Shown: positions 12,600-26,000 of the stretch, piece by piece
Layout of the letters: each line of letters starts with the position of its first letter
How positions within the stretch are numbered: the first letter of the stretch is position 1
From: Heterodontus francisci
Taxonomy: Eukaryota
DNA: 64,000 nt
Assembly: GCF_036365525.1 (NCBI RefSeq)
Contig: NC_090399.1
Coordinates: 60,048,430 to 60,112,429, forward strand
Reading direction: 5' to 3'
The notes under the pieces: model-generated
The model's input: the letters and a program-made list of their open reading frames with translations, nothing else
Told to the model about the DNA's origin: nothing
Databases searched by the model: none
Position numbers and translations under genes: made by a program

Positions 12600-13304
12600 G
12601 CTGTCCCGCTTGATTTAAAATCTTCAAAACCACATTAACAGGAAGATTAGGGGGAGGAGATCCCACAGGTCTTCACCCAAGTGGTCCTTGGAGATTTTCT
12701 CCCTGAATGAACCCCACTCTACCTCTGAGGAATCAGCATATTCTGGATCATATAGGGGCTCTGTGTTGTGTTGTGTTTCTTTATAGGGTGACAGCAGACA
12801 CATGTGCTCGCTGTTTCCCCAACTTACTCTCTAACTTCCTGATTTTAAGATGGCACTGTCAGTGATCTGTCTCCCAGTGGGTCTGCTGAAGGGCTTCCCT
12901 CAGAGCACCACGTGAGTCTTCGAACTGCTGGCTGAGTTTTTTATTCTCGCTTAGTATTTTCAAGGGACTGCATAGCACTCTCTGCCTGTACAGCAGTCAC
13001 ACTCTGCTGCTGCATTACTGCTGATGTACTCACCAGCTGTTGCTGTAATGTATCAATCTGACCCCTATGGTCCTGGACTAATTTGTCCTTTTTCTGGACT
13101 AACTGGTCATCAGTCTGTGCGCGATATGATGCCACGTAAGAGATAAGCTTGAAGGCTCGATCTACATTCAACTTCCTTTCATTAACCTGTTCCTGAATAA
13201 ACTTAACTATATCCTCATTCTGCAAGCAGGACCTGTAAGACCTTTATTTTAACATTCTTATCCAGCTTGGCTTGAAAAGACTTCAACACGGGTTTGTCGG
13301 TCAT
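12600..13304 (-). pseudogene. gag: ERV1 gag N-terminal coiled-coil remnant
   Basis: ORF 12941-13225 is Gln/Leu-rich heptad sequence; after a frameshift it continues KKLSQQFEDSRGALREALQQTHWETDH*QCHLKIRKLESKL. It follows the LTR and PBS-like site. Confidence 0.65.
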
Positions 13305-13517
13305 GCTTATGCTTTTGAAAGACAACAGCTACTGGCAATCAATACAATGATCTCTCCCTCCGATCGTTCCCTCCGATCTCATGCCAACACCTGCCCTCCA
13401 CCACCACCCCCTCCCCCCGTCATGGGTTCCTCCTCCTAGATCAAACGCTGGTCAGGCAACTGACTAAGAGACTCGAACTCAACAATGACCAGGAGTCTGG
13501 TTTTAACTAGTCACCTT

Positions 13518-13537
13518 GTCCTTTCTGTGGAGTGCCA
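13518..13537 (-). promoter_or_regulatory. Primer-binding-site-like sequence of ERV1
   Basis: Minus strand TGGCACTCCACAGAAAGGAC starts 2 nt after the LTR end (…TACA AT TGG…). It loosely resembles a tRNA-Lys PBS; tRNA identity uncertain. Confidence 0.55.
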
Positions 13538-13539
13538 AT

Positions 13540-13800
13540 TGTAAGATTTTAGTGTGTTTAAGTAGGATGTTGATGAGCCTTTGACCCACAAGGTACAGAC
13601 TCTGGTTTCTTAATCAAGATAGAGATTTTATTAAGTACAATAATAATATACAAGCAATACTTAACCAACAGCAGTAGTTGTGCAGCAGGATATAGGGTGT
13701 CCTTGGTCCTTGCTTCCCGAGCTGCTGTGACACCGTCTTCTTTCTTGAGGTGTTCTGTTGAGTGGAGGTTGGTCTATTCTTGAATAGGTGCATTCCGAGT
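13540..13800 (-). mobile_element. 5' LTR of ERV1 (R/U5 portion only; U3 side lost at the satellite boundary)
   Basis: Aligns by eye with 7307-7545 (e.g. gcttcccgagctg, tcttgaggtgttctgttga); minus-strand AATAAA near 13628-13633. Confidence 0.78.
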
Positions 13801-14077
13801 TGTCCCAGAACCTCCCCTGATCTCTCTCTCCAATCTCACACTGACCTCCTTCCAATCTCTCCCTCCGATTGCTCCCTCCAATCTCTCCTTCCAATTTCAC
13901 CCCTATCCTCCCTCTGATCTCTCCCTCCAATCTCACTCCAACCTCCCTCCAATCTCTCCCTCCAGTCTCCCCTAAACCTCCTTCGAATCTCTCCCTCCAG
14001 TCTCCCTCTAATCTCTCCCTTCGATCTGTCCCTGACCCCTTCCAAACTCTTCTTTGGATCACTCCCTGACCTGCCTC

Positions 14078-17000
14078 CCATCTCTCCCTCTGACCTCTCT
14101 GTGACCACACCCTCCAATCTTTCCCTCTGATCTCTCTGTGACCACACTCACCAATCTCTCCCTCTGACCTCTCTGTGACCACACCCTCCAATCTCTCCCT
14201 CTGATCTCTCTGTGACCACACCCTCCAATCTCTCTCTCTGATCTCTCTGTGACCACACTCACCAATCTCTCCCTCTGACCTCTCTGTGACAACACCCTCC
14301 AATCTCTCCCTCTGATCTCTCTGTGACCACACCCTCCAATCTTTCCCTCTGATCTCTCTGTGACCACACTCACCAATCTCTCCCTCTGACCTCTCTGTGA
14401 CCACACCCTCCAATCTCTCTCTCTGATCTCTCTGTGACCACACTCACCAATCTCTCCCTCTGACCTCTCTGTGACCACACCCACCAATCTCTCTCTCTGA
14501 TCTCTCTGTGACCACACCCTCCAATCTCTCCCTCTGACCTCTCTGTGACCACACCCTCCAATCTCTCCCTCTGATCTCTCTGTGACCAGACCCTCCAATC
14601 TCTCCCTCTGATCTCTCTGTGACCACACCCTCCAATCTTTCCCTCTGATCTCTCTGTGACCAGATCCTCCAATCTCTCCCTCTGATCTCTCTGTGACCAC
14701 ACCCTCCAATCTCTCTCTCTGATCTCTCTGTGACCACACCCTCCAATCTCTCCCTCTGATCTCTCTGTGACCACACCCTCCAATCTCTCTCTCTGATCTC
14801 TCTGTGAACACACCCTCCAATCTCTCCCTCTGATCTCTCTGTGACCAGACCCTCCAATCTCTCCCTCTGATCTCTCTGTGACCACACCCTCCAATCTCTC
14901 TCTCTGATCTCTCTGTGACCACACCCTCCAATCTCTCCCTCTGATCTCTCTGTGACCACACCCTCCCATCTCTCCCTCTGAGCTCTCTGTGACCACACTC
15001 TCCAATCTCTCTTTCTGATCTCTCTGTGACCACACCCTCCAATCTTTCCCTCTGATCTCTCTGTGACCAGACCCTCCAATCTTTCCCTCTGATCTCTCTG
15101 TGACCACACCCACCAATCTCTCCCTCTGAGCTCTCTGTGACCACACTCTCCAATCTCTCTTTCTGATCTCTCTGTGACCACACCCTCCAATCACTCTCTC
15201 TGATCTCTCTGTGACCACACCCTCCCATCTCTCCCTCTGAGCTCTCTGTGACCACACTCTCCAATCTCTCCCTCTGATCTCTCTGTGACCACACCCTCCA
15301 ATCTCTCCCTCTGATCTCTCTGTGACATCCCACCAATCTCTCCCTCTGATCTCTTTGTGACCACACCCTCCAATCTCTCTCTCTGATCTCTCTGTGACCA
15401 CACCCTCCAATCTCTCTCTCTGATCTCTCTGTGACATCCCACCAATCTCTCCCTCTGATCTCTCTGTGACCACACCCTCCAATCTCTCTCTCTCATCTCT
15501 CTGTGACCACACCCTCCAATCTCTCCCTCTGATCTCTCTGTGACCAGACCCTCCAATCCCTCCCTCTGATCTCTCTGTGACCACACCCTCCAATCTCTCC
15601 CTCTGACCTCTCTGTGACCACACCCTCCAATCTTTCCCTCTGATCTCTCTGTGACCACACCCTCCAATCTCTCCCTCTGATCTCTCTGTGACCACACCCT
15701 CCAATCTCTCCCTCTGATCTCTCTGTGACCACACCCTCCAATCTTTCCCTCTGATCTCTCTGTGACCACACTCACCAATCTCTCCCTCTGACCTCTCTGT
15801 GACCACACCCTCCAATCTCTCCATCTGATCTCTCTGTGACCACACCCTCCAATCTCTCTCTCTGATCTCTCTGTGACCACACTCACCAATCTCTCCCTCT
15901 GACCTCTCTGTGACCACACCCACCAATCTCTCTCTCTGATCTCTCTGTGACCACACCCTCCAATCTCTCCCTCTGACCTCTCTGTGACCACACCCTCCAA
16001 TCTCTCCCTCTGATCTCTCTGTGACCACACCCTCCAATCTTTCCCTCTGATCTCTCTGTGACCAGACCCTCCAATCTCTCCCTCTGATCTCTCTGTGACC
16101 ACACCCTCCAATCTCTCCCTCTGATCTCTCTGTGACCACACCCTCCAATCTCTCCCTCTGATCTCTCTGTGACCACACCCTCCAATCTCTCTCTCTGATC
16201 TCTCTGTGACCACACCCTCCAATCTCTCCCTCTGATCTCTCTGTGACCAGACCCTCCAATCTCTCCCTCTGATCTCTCTGTGACCACACCCTCCAATCTC
16301 TCTCTCTGATCTCTCTGTGACCACACCCTCCAATCTCTCCCTCTGATCTCTCTGTGACCACACCCTCCCATCTCTCCCTCTGAGCTCTCTGTGACCACAC
16401 TCTCCAATCTCTCTTTCTGATCTCTCTGTGACCACACCCTCCAATCTTTCCCTCTGATCTCTCTGTGACCAGACCCTCCAATCTTTCCCTCTGATCTCTC
16501 TGTGACCACACCCACCAATCTCTCCCTCTGACCTCTCTGTGACCACACTCTCCAATCTCTCTTTCTGATCTCTCTGTGACCACACCCTCCAATCACTCTC
16601 TCTGATCTCTCTGTGACCACAGCCTCCCATCTCTCCCTTTGAGCTCTCTGTGACCACACTCTCCAATCTCTCCCTCTGATCTCTCTGTGACCACACCCTC
16701 CAATCTCTCCCTCTGATCTCTCTGTGACATCCCACCAATCTCTCCCTCTGATCTCTCTGTGACCACACCCTCCAATCTCTCTCTCTGATCTCTCTGTGAC
16801 CACACCCTCCAATCTCTCTCTCTGATCTCTCTGTGACATCCCACCAATCTCTCCCTCTGATCTCTCTGTGACCACACCCTCCAATCTCTCTCTCTCATCT
16901 CTCTGTGACCACACCCTCCAATCTCTCCCTCTGATCTCTCTGTGACCAGACCCTCCAATCTCTCCCTCTGATCTCTCTGTGACCACACCCTCCAATCTCT

Positions 17001-20000
17001 CCCTCTGACCTCTCTGTGACCACACCCTCCAATCTTTCCCTCTGATCTCTCTGTGACCACACCCTCCAATCTCTCCCTCTGATCTCTCTGTGACCACACC
17101 CTCCAATCTCTCCCTCTGATCTCTCTGTGACCACACCCTCCAATCTCTCTCTCTGATCTCTCTGTGACCACACCCTCCAATCTCTCCCTCTGATCTCTCT
17201 GTGACCAGACCCTCCCATCTCTCTCTCTGATCTCTCTGTGACCACACCCACCAATCTCTCTCTCTCATCTCTCTGTGACCACACCCTCCCATCTCTCTCT
17301 CTGATCTCTCTGTGACCACACCCTCCAATCTCTCCCTCTGATCTCTCTGTGACCACACCCACCAATCACTCTCTCTGATATCTCTGTGACCACACCCACC
17401 AATCTCTCTCTCTCATCTCTCTGTGACCACACCCTCCCATCTCTCTCTCTGATTTCTCTGTGACCAGACCCTCCAATCTCTCCCTCTAATCTCTCTGTGA
17501 CCACAGCCTCCAATCTCTCCCTCTGATCTCTCTGTGACCACACCCTCCAATCTCTCCCTCTAATCTCTCTGTGACCACAGCCTCCAATCTCACCCTCTGA
17601 TCTCTCTGTGACCACACCCTCCAATCTCTCCCTCTGATCTCTCTGTGACCAGACCCTCCAATCTTTCCCTCTGATCTCTCTGTGACCAGAGCCTCCAATC
17701 TCTCCCTCTAATCTCTCTGTGACCACAGCCTCCAATCTCTCCCTCTGATCTCTCTGTGACCACACCCTCCAATCTCTCCCTCTGATCTCTCTGTGACCAC
17801 ACCCTCCAATCTCTCCCTCTGATCTCTCTGTGACCACAACTGCCAATCTCTCCCTCTGAGCTCTCTGTGACCACACTCTCCAATCTCTCCCTCTGATCTC
17901 TCTGTGACCACACCCTCCAATCTCTCCCTCTGATCTCTCTGTGACATCCCACCAATCTCTCCCTCTGACCTCTCTGTGACCACACCCACCAATCTCTCCC
18001 TCTGATCTCTCTGTGACCACACCCACCAATCTCTCCCTCTAATCTCTCTGTGACCACAGCCTCCAATCTCTCCCTCTGATCTCTCTGTGACCACACCCTC
18101 CAATCTCTCCCTCTAATCTCTCTGTGACCACAGCCTCCAATCTCACCCTCTGAGCTCTCTGTGACCACACCCTCCAATCTCTCCCTCTGATCTCTCTGTG
18201 ACCAGACCCTCCAATCTTTCCCTCTGATCTCTCTGTGACCAGACCCTCCAATCTCTCCCTCTAATCTCTCTGTGACCACAGCCTCCAATCTCTCCCTCTG
18301 ATCTCTCTGTGACCACACCCTCCAATCTCTCCCTCTGATCTCTCTGTGACCACACCCTCCAATCTCTCCCTCTGATCTCTCTGTGACCACAACTGCCAAT
18401 CTCTCCCTCTGAGCTCTCTGTGACCACACTCTCCAATCTCTCCCTCTGATCTCTCTGTGACCACACCCTCCAATCTCTCCCTCTGATCTCTCTGTGACAT
18501 CCCACCAATCTCTCCCTCTGACCTCTCTGTGACCACACCCACCAATCTCTCCCTCTGATCTCTCTGTGACCACACCCACCAATCTCTCCCTCTAATCTCT
18601 CTGTGACCACAGCCTCCAATCTCTCCCTCTGATCTCTCTGTGACCACACCCTCCAATCTCTCCCTCTAATCTCTCTGTGACCACAGCCTCCAATCTCACC
18701 CTCTGATCTCTCTGTGACCACACCCTCCAATCTCTCCCTCTGATCTCTCTGTGACCAGACCCTCCAATCTTTCCCTCTGATCTCTCTGTGACCAGACCCT
18801 CCAATCTCTCCCTCTAATCTCTCTGTGACCACAGCCTCCAATCTCTCCCTCTGATCTCTCTGTGACCACACCCTCCAATCTCTCCCTCTGATCTCTCTGT
18901 GACCACACCCTCCAATCTCTCCCTCTGATCTCTCTGTGACCACAACTGCCAATCTCTCCCTCTGAGCTCTCTGTGACCACACTCTCCAATCTCTCCCTCT
19001 GATCTCTCTGTGACCACACCCTCCAATCTCTCCCTCTGATCTCTCTGTGACATCCCACCAATCTCTCCCTCTGACCTCTCTGTGACCACACCCACCAATC
19101 TCTCCCTCTGATCTCTCTGTGACCACACCCTCCAATCTCTCTCTCTGACCTCTCTGTGACCACACCCTCCAATCTCTCCCTCTGATCTCTCTGTGACCAC
19201 ACCCTCCAATCTCTCTGATCTCCCAGTGACCACACCCTCCAATCTCTCCCTCTGAGCTCTCTGTGCCACACCCTCCAATCTTTCCCTCTGATCTCTCTGT
19301 GACCACACCCTCCAATCTCTCCCTCTGATCTCTCTGTGACCACAGCCTCCAATCTCTCCCTCTGATCTCTCTGTGACCATAGCCTCCAATCTCTCCCTCT
19401 GATCTCTCTGTGACATCCCACCAATCTCTCCCTCTGACCTCTCTGTGACCACACCCTCCAATCTCTCCCTCTGATCTCTCTGTGACCACACCCTCCAATC
19501 TCTCCCTCTGAGCTCTCTGTGCCACACCCCCCAATCCTTCCCTCTGATCTCTCTGTGACCACACCCTCCAATCTCTCTCTCTGATCTCTCTGTGACCACA
19601 CCCTCCAATCTCTCTCTCTGATCTCTCTGTGACCACACCCTCCAATCTCTCTCTCTGATCTCTCTGTGACCACACCCTCCAATCTCTCCCTCTGAACTCT
19701 CTGTGACCACACCCTCCAATCTCTCCCTCTGACCTCTCTGTGACCACACCCTCCAATCACTGTCTCAGATCTCTCTGTGACCAGACCCTCCAATCTCTCT
19801 CTCTGATCTCTCTGTGACCACACCCTCCAATCTCTCACTCTGATCTCTCTGTGACCACACCCTCCAATCACTCTCTCAGATCTCTCTGTGACCACACCCT
19901 CCAATCTCTCTCTCTGATCTCTCTGTGCCACACCCTCCAATCTCTCTCTCTGATCTCTCTGTGCCACACCCTCCAATCTCTCTCTCTGATCTCTCTGTGC

Positions 20001-23000
20001 CACACCCTCCAATCTCTCCCTCTGATCTCTCTGTGACCACACCCTCCAATCTCTCCCTCTGATCTCTCTGTGACCACACCCTCCAATCTCTCCCTCTGAT
20101 CTCTCTGTGCCACACCCTCCAATCTCTCTCTCTGATCTCTCTGTGCCACACCCTCCAATCTCTCCCTCTGATCTCTCTGTGACCACACCCTCCAATCTCT
20201 CCCTCTGATCTCTCTGTGACCACACCCTCCAATCTCTCCCTGTGATCTCTCTGTGACCACACCCTCCAATCTCTCTCTCTGATCTCTATGTGACCACACC
20301 CTCCAATCACTCTCTCTGATCTCTCTGTGACCAATCCCTCCAATCTTTCCCTCTGATCTCTCTGTGACCACACCCACCAATCTCTCCCTCTAATCTCTCA
20401 GTGATCACACCCTCCAATCTCTCCCTCTGAGCTCTCTGTGACCACACCCTCCAATCTCTCCCTCTGAGCTCTCTGTGACCACACCCTCCAATCACTCTCT
20501 CTGATTTCTCTGTGACCACACCCTCCAATCCCTCCCTCTGATCTCTCAGTGACCACACCCACCAATCTCTCCCTCTGATCTCTCGGTGACCACACTCTCC
20601 AATCTCTCTCTCTGATCTCTCTGTGACCACACACTCCAATCTTTCCCTCTGATCTCTCTGTGACCACACCCTCCAATCTCTCTCTCTGATCTCTCTGTGA
20701 CCACACCCTCCAATCTCTCCCTCTGATCTCTCTGTGACATCCCACGAATCTCTCCCTCTGACCTCTCTGTGACCACACCCTCCAATCTCTCTATCTGATC
20801 TCTCTGTGACTACACCCTCCAATCTTTCCCTCTGATCTCTCTGTGACCACACCCTCCAATCTCTCCCTCTGATCTCTCTGTGACCACACCCTCCAATCTC
20901 TCCCTCTGATCTCTCTGTGAACACACCCTCCAATCTCTCCCTCTGATCTCTCTGTGACCACACCCTCCAATCTCTCTCTCTGATCTCTCTGTGACTACAC
21001 CCTCCAATCTTTCCCTCTGATCTCTCTGTGACCACACCCTCCAATCTCTGCCTCTGATCTCTCTGTGAACACACCCTCCAATCTCTCCCTCTGATCTCTC
21101 TGTGACCACACCCTCCAATCTGTCTCTCTGATCTCTCTGTGACCACACCCTCCAATCTCTCCCTCTGATCTCTCTGTGACCACACCCTCCAATCTCTCCC
21201 TCTGATCTCTCTGTGAGCACACCCTCCAATCTCTCCCTCTGATCTCTCTGTGACTAGACCCTCCAATCTCTCCCTCTGATCTCTCTGTGACCACACCCTC
21301 CAATCTCTCCCTCTGATCTCTCTGTGACCACACCCTCCCATCTCTCTCTCTGATCTGTCTGTGACCAGACCCTCCAATCTCTCCCTCTGATCTCTCTGTG
21401 ACCACACCCACCAATCTCTCCCTCTGATCTCTCTGAGACCACACCCACCAATCTCTCTCTCTCATCTCTCTGTGACCACACCCTCCCATCTCTCTCTCTG
21501 ATCTCTCTGTGACCACACCCTCCAATCTCTCCCTCTGATCTCTCTGTGACCACACCCACCAATCACTCTCTCTGATATCTCTGTGACCACACCCTCCAAT
21601 CTCTCACTCTGACCTCTCTGTGACCACACCCTCCAATCACTCTCTCTGATCTCTCTGTGTCCACACCCTCCCATCTCTCTCTCTGATCTCTCTGTGACCA
21701 CACCCTCCAATCTCTCCCTCTGATCTCTCTGTGACCACACCCACCAATCACTCTCTCTGATATCTCTGTGACCACACCCTCCAATCTCTCACTCTGACCT
21801 CTCTGTGACCACACCCACCAATCACTCTCTCTGATATCTCTGTGACCACACCCTCCAATCTCTCACTCTGACCTCTCTGTGACCACACCCTCCCATCTCT
21901 CTCTCTGATCTCTCTGTGACCACACCCTCCAATCTCTCTCTCTGATCTCTCTGTGTCCACACCCTCCCATCTCTCTCTCTGATTTCTCTGTGACCAGACC
22001 CTCCAATCTCTCCCTCTGATCTCTCTGTGACCAGACCCTCCAATCTTTCCCTCTGATCTCTCTGTGACCAGACCCTCCAATCTCTCCCTCTGATCTCTCT
22101 GTGACCACAGCCTCCAATCTCTCCCTCTGATCTCTCTGTGACCACACCCTCCAATCTCTCCCTCTGAGCACTCTGTGATCACACCCTCCAATCTCTCCCT
22201 CTGATCTCTCTGTGACCACAACCTCCAATCTCTCTGATCTCTCTGTGACCACACCCTCCAATCTCTCCCTCTGAGCTCTCTGTGCCACACCCTCCACTCT
22301 TTCCCTCTGATCTCTCTGTGACCACACCCTCCAATCTCTCCCTCTGATCTCTCTGTGACCACAGCCTCCAATCTCTCCCTCTGAGCTCTCTGTGCCACAC
22401 CCTCCAATCTCTCCCTCTGATCTCTCTGTGACCACACCCACCAATCTCTCCCTCTGATCTCTCTGTGACCACACCCTCCAATCTCTCCCTCTGATCTCTC
22501 TGTGACCACACCCTCCAATCTCTCTCTCTGATCTCTATGTGACCACACCCTCCAATCACTCTCTCTGATCTCTCTGTGACCACACCCTCCAATCTTTCCC
22601 TCTGATCTCTCTGTGACCACACCCACCAATCTCTCCCTCTGATCTCTCAGTGACCACACCCTCCAATCTCTCCCTCTGAGCTCTCTGTGACCACACCCTC
22701 CAATCTCTCCCTCTGAGCTCTCTGTGACCACACCCTCCAATCACTCTCTCTGATTTCTCTGTGACCACACCCTCCAATCCCTCCCTCTGATCTCTCAGTG
22801 ACCACACCCACCAATCTCTCCCTCTGATCTCTCGGTGACCACACTCTCCAATCTCTCTCTCTGATCTCTCTGTGACCACACCCTCCAATCTCTCTCTCTG
22901 ATCTCTCTGTGACCACACCCTCCAATCTCTCCCTCTGATCTCTCTGTGACATCCCACCAATCTCTCCCTCTGACCTCTCTGTGACCACACCCTCCAATCT

Positions 23001-26000
23001 CTCTCTCTGATCTCTCTGTGACTACACCCTCCAATCTTTCCCTCTGATCTCTCTGTGACCACACCCTCCAATCTCTCCCTCTGATCTCTCTGTGAACACA
23101 CCCTCCAATCTCTCCCTCTGATCTCTCTGTGACCACACCCTCCAATCTCTCTCTCTGATCTCTCTGTTACCACACCCTCCAATCTCTCCCTCTGATCTCT
23201 CTGTGAACACACCCTCCAATCTCTCCCTCTGATCTCTCTGTGAACGCACCCACCAATCTCTCTCTCTCATCTCTCTGTGACCACACCCTCCAATCTCTCC
23301 CTCTGATCTCTCTGTGACTAGACCCTCCAATCTCTCCCTCTGATCTCTCTGTGACCACACCCTCCAATCTCTCCCTCTGATCTCTCTGTGACCACACCCT
23401 CCCATCTCTCTCTCTGATCTGTCTGTGACCAGACCCTCCAATCTCTCCCTCTGATCTCTCTGTGACCACACCCACCAATCTCTCCCTCTGATCTCTCTGT
23501 GACCACACCCACCAATCTCTCTCTCTCATCTCTCTGTGACCACACCCTCCCATCTCTCTCTCTGATCTCTCTGTGACCACACCCTCCAATCTCTCCCTCT
23601 AATCTCTCTGTGACCACACCCACCAATCACTCTCTCTGATATCTCTGTGACCACACCCTCCAATCTCTCACTCTGACCTCTCTGTGACCACACCCTCCAA
23701 TCACTCTCTCAGATCTCTCTGTGTCCACACCCTCCCATCTCTCTCTCTGATTTCTCTGTGACCAGACCCTCCAATCTTTCCCTCTGATCTCTCTGTGACC
23801 AGACCCTCCAATCTCTCCCTCTGATCTCTCTGTGACCACAGCCTCCAATCTCTCCCTCTGATCTCTCTGTGACCACACCCTCCAATCTCTCCCTCTGAGC
23901 ACTCTGTGATCACACCCTCCAATCTCTCCCTCTGATCTCTCTGTGACCACAACCTCCAATCTCTCTGATCTCTCTGTGACCACACCCTCCAATCTCTCCC
24001 TCTGATCTCTCTGTGAACACACCCTCCAATCTCTCCCTCTGATCTCTCTGTGACCACACCCTCCAATCTCTCTCTCTGATCTCTCTGTGACTACACCCTC
24101 CAATCTTTCCCTCTGATCTCTCTGTGACCACACCCTCCAATCTCTGCCTCTGATCTCTCTGTGAACACACCCTCCAATCTCTCCCTCTGATCTCTCTGTG
24201 ACCACACCCTCCAATCTGTCTCTCTGATCTCTCTGTGACCACACCCTCCAATCTCTCCCTCTGATCTCTCTGTGACCACACCCTCCAATCTCTCCCTCTG
24301 ATCTCTCTGTGAGCACACCCTCCAATCTCTCCCTCTGATCTCTCTGTGACTAGACCCTCCAATCTCTCCCTCTGATCTCTCTGTGACCACACCCTCCAAT
24401 CTCTCCCTCTGATCTCTCTGTGACCACACCCTCCCATCTCTCTCTCTGATCTGTCTGTGACCAGACCCTCCAATCTCTCCCTCTGATCTCTCTGTGACCA
24501 CACCCACCAATCTCTCCCTCTGATCTCTCTGAGACCACACCCACCAATCTCTCTCTCTCATCTCTCTGTGACCACACCCTCCCATCTCTCTCTCTGATCT
24601 CTCTGTGACCACACCCTCCAATCTCTCCCTCTGATCTCTCTGTGACCACACCCACCAATCACTCTCTCTGATATCTCTGTGACCACACCCTCCAATCTCT
24701 CACTCTGACCTCTCTGTGACCACACCCTCCAATCACTCTCTCTGATCTCTCTGTGTCCACACCCTCCCATCTCTCTCTCTGATCTCTCTGTGACCACACC
24801 CTCCAATCTCTCCCTCTGATCTCTCTGTGACCACACCCACCAATCACTCTCTCTGATATCTCTGTGACCACACCCTCCAATCTCTCACTCTGACCTCTCT
24901 GTGACCACACCCACCAATCACTCTCTCTGATATCTCTGTGACCACACCCTCCAATCTCTCACTCTGACCTCTCTGTGACCACACCCTCCCATCTCTCTCT
25001 CTGATCTCTCTGTGACCACACCCTCCAATCTCTCTCTCTGATCTCTCTGTGTCCACACCCTCCCATCTCTCTCTCTGATTTCTCTGTGACCAGACCCTCC
25101 AATCTCTCCCTCTGATCTCTCTGTGACCAGACCCTCCAATCTTTCCCTCTGATCTCTCTGTGACCAGACCCTCCAATCTCTCCCTCTGATCTCTCTGTGA
25201 CCACAGCCTCCAATCTCTCCCTCTGATCTCTCTGTGACCACACCCTCCAATCTCTCCCTCTGAGCACTCTGTGATCACACCCTCCAATCTCTCCCTCTGA
25301 TCTCTCTGTGACCACAACCTCCAATCTCTCTGATCTCTCTGTGACCACACCCTCCAATCTCTCCCTCTGAGCTCTCTGTGCCACACCCTCCACTCTTTCC
25401 CTCTGATCTCTCTGTGACCACACCCTCCAATCTCTCCCTCTGATCTCTCTGTGACCACAGCCTCCAATCTCTCCCTCTGAGCTCTCTGTGCCACACCCTC
25501 CAATCTCTCCCTCTGATCTCTCTGTGACCACACCCACCAATCTCTCCCTCTGATCTCTCTGTGACCACACCCTCCAATCTCTCCCTCTGATCTCTCTGTG
25601 ACCACACCCTCCAATCTCTCCCTCTGATCTCTCTGTGACCACACCCACCAATCTCTCCCTCTGATCTCTCTGTGACCACACCCTCCAATCTCTCCCTCTG
25701 ATCTCTCTGTGACCACACCCACCAATCTCTCCCTCTGATCTCTCTGTGACCACACCCTCCAATCTCTCCCTCTGATCTCTATGTGACCACACCCTCCAAT
25801 CACTCTCTCTGATCTCTCTGTGACCACACCCTCCAATCTTTCCCTCTGATCTCTCTGTGACCACACCCACCAATCTCTCCCTCTGATCTCTCAGTGACCA
25901 CACCCTCCAATCTCTCCCTCTGAGCTCTCTGTGACCACACCCTCCAATCTCTCCCTCTGAGCTCTCTGTGACCACACCCTCCAATCACTCTCTCTGATTT

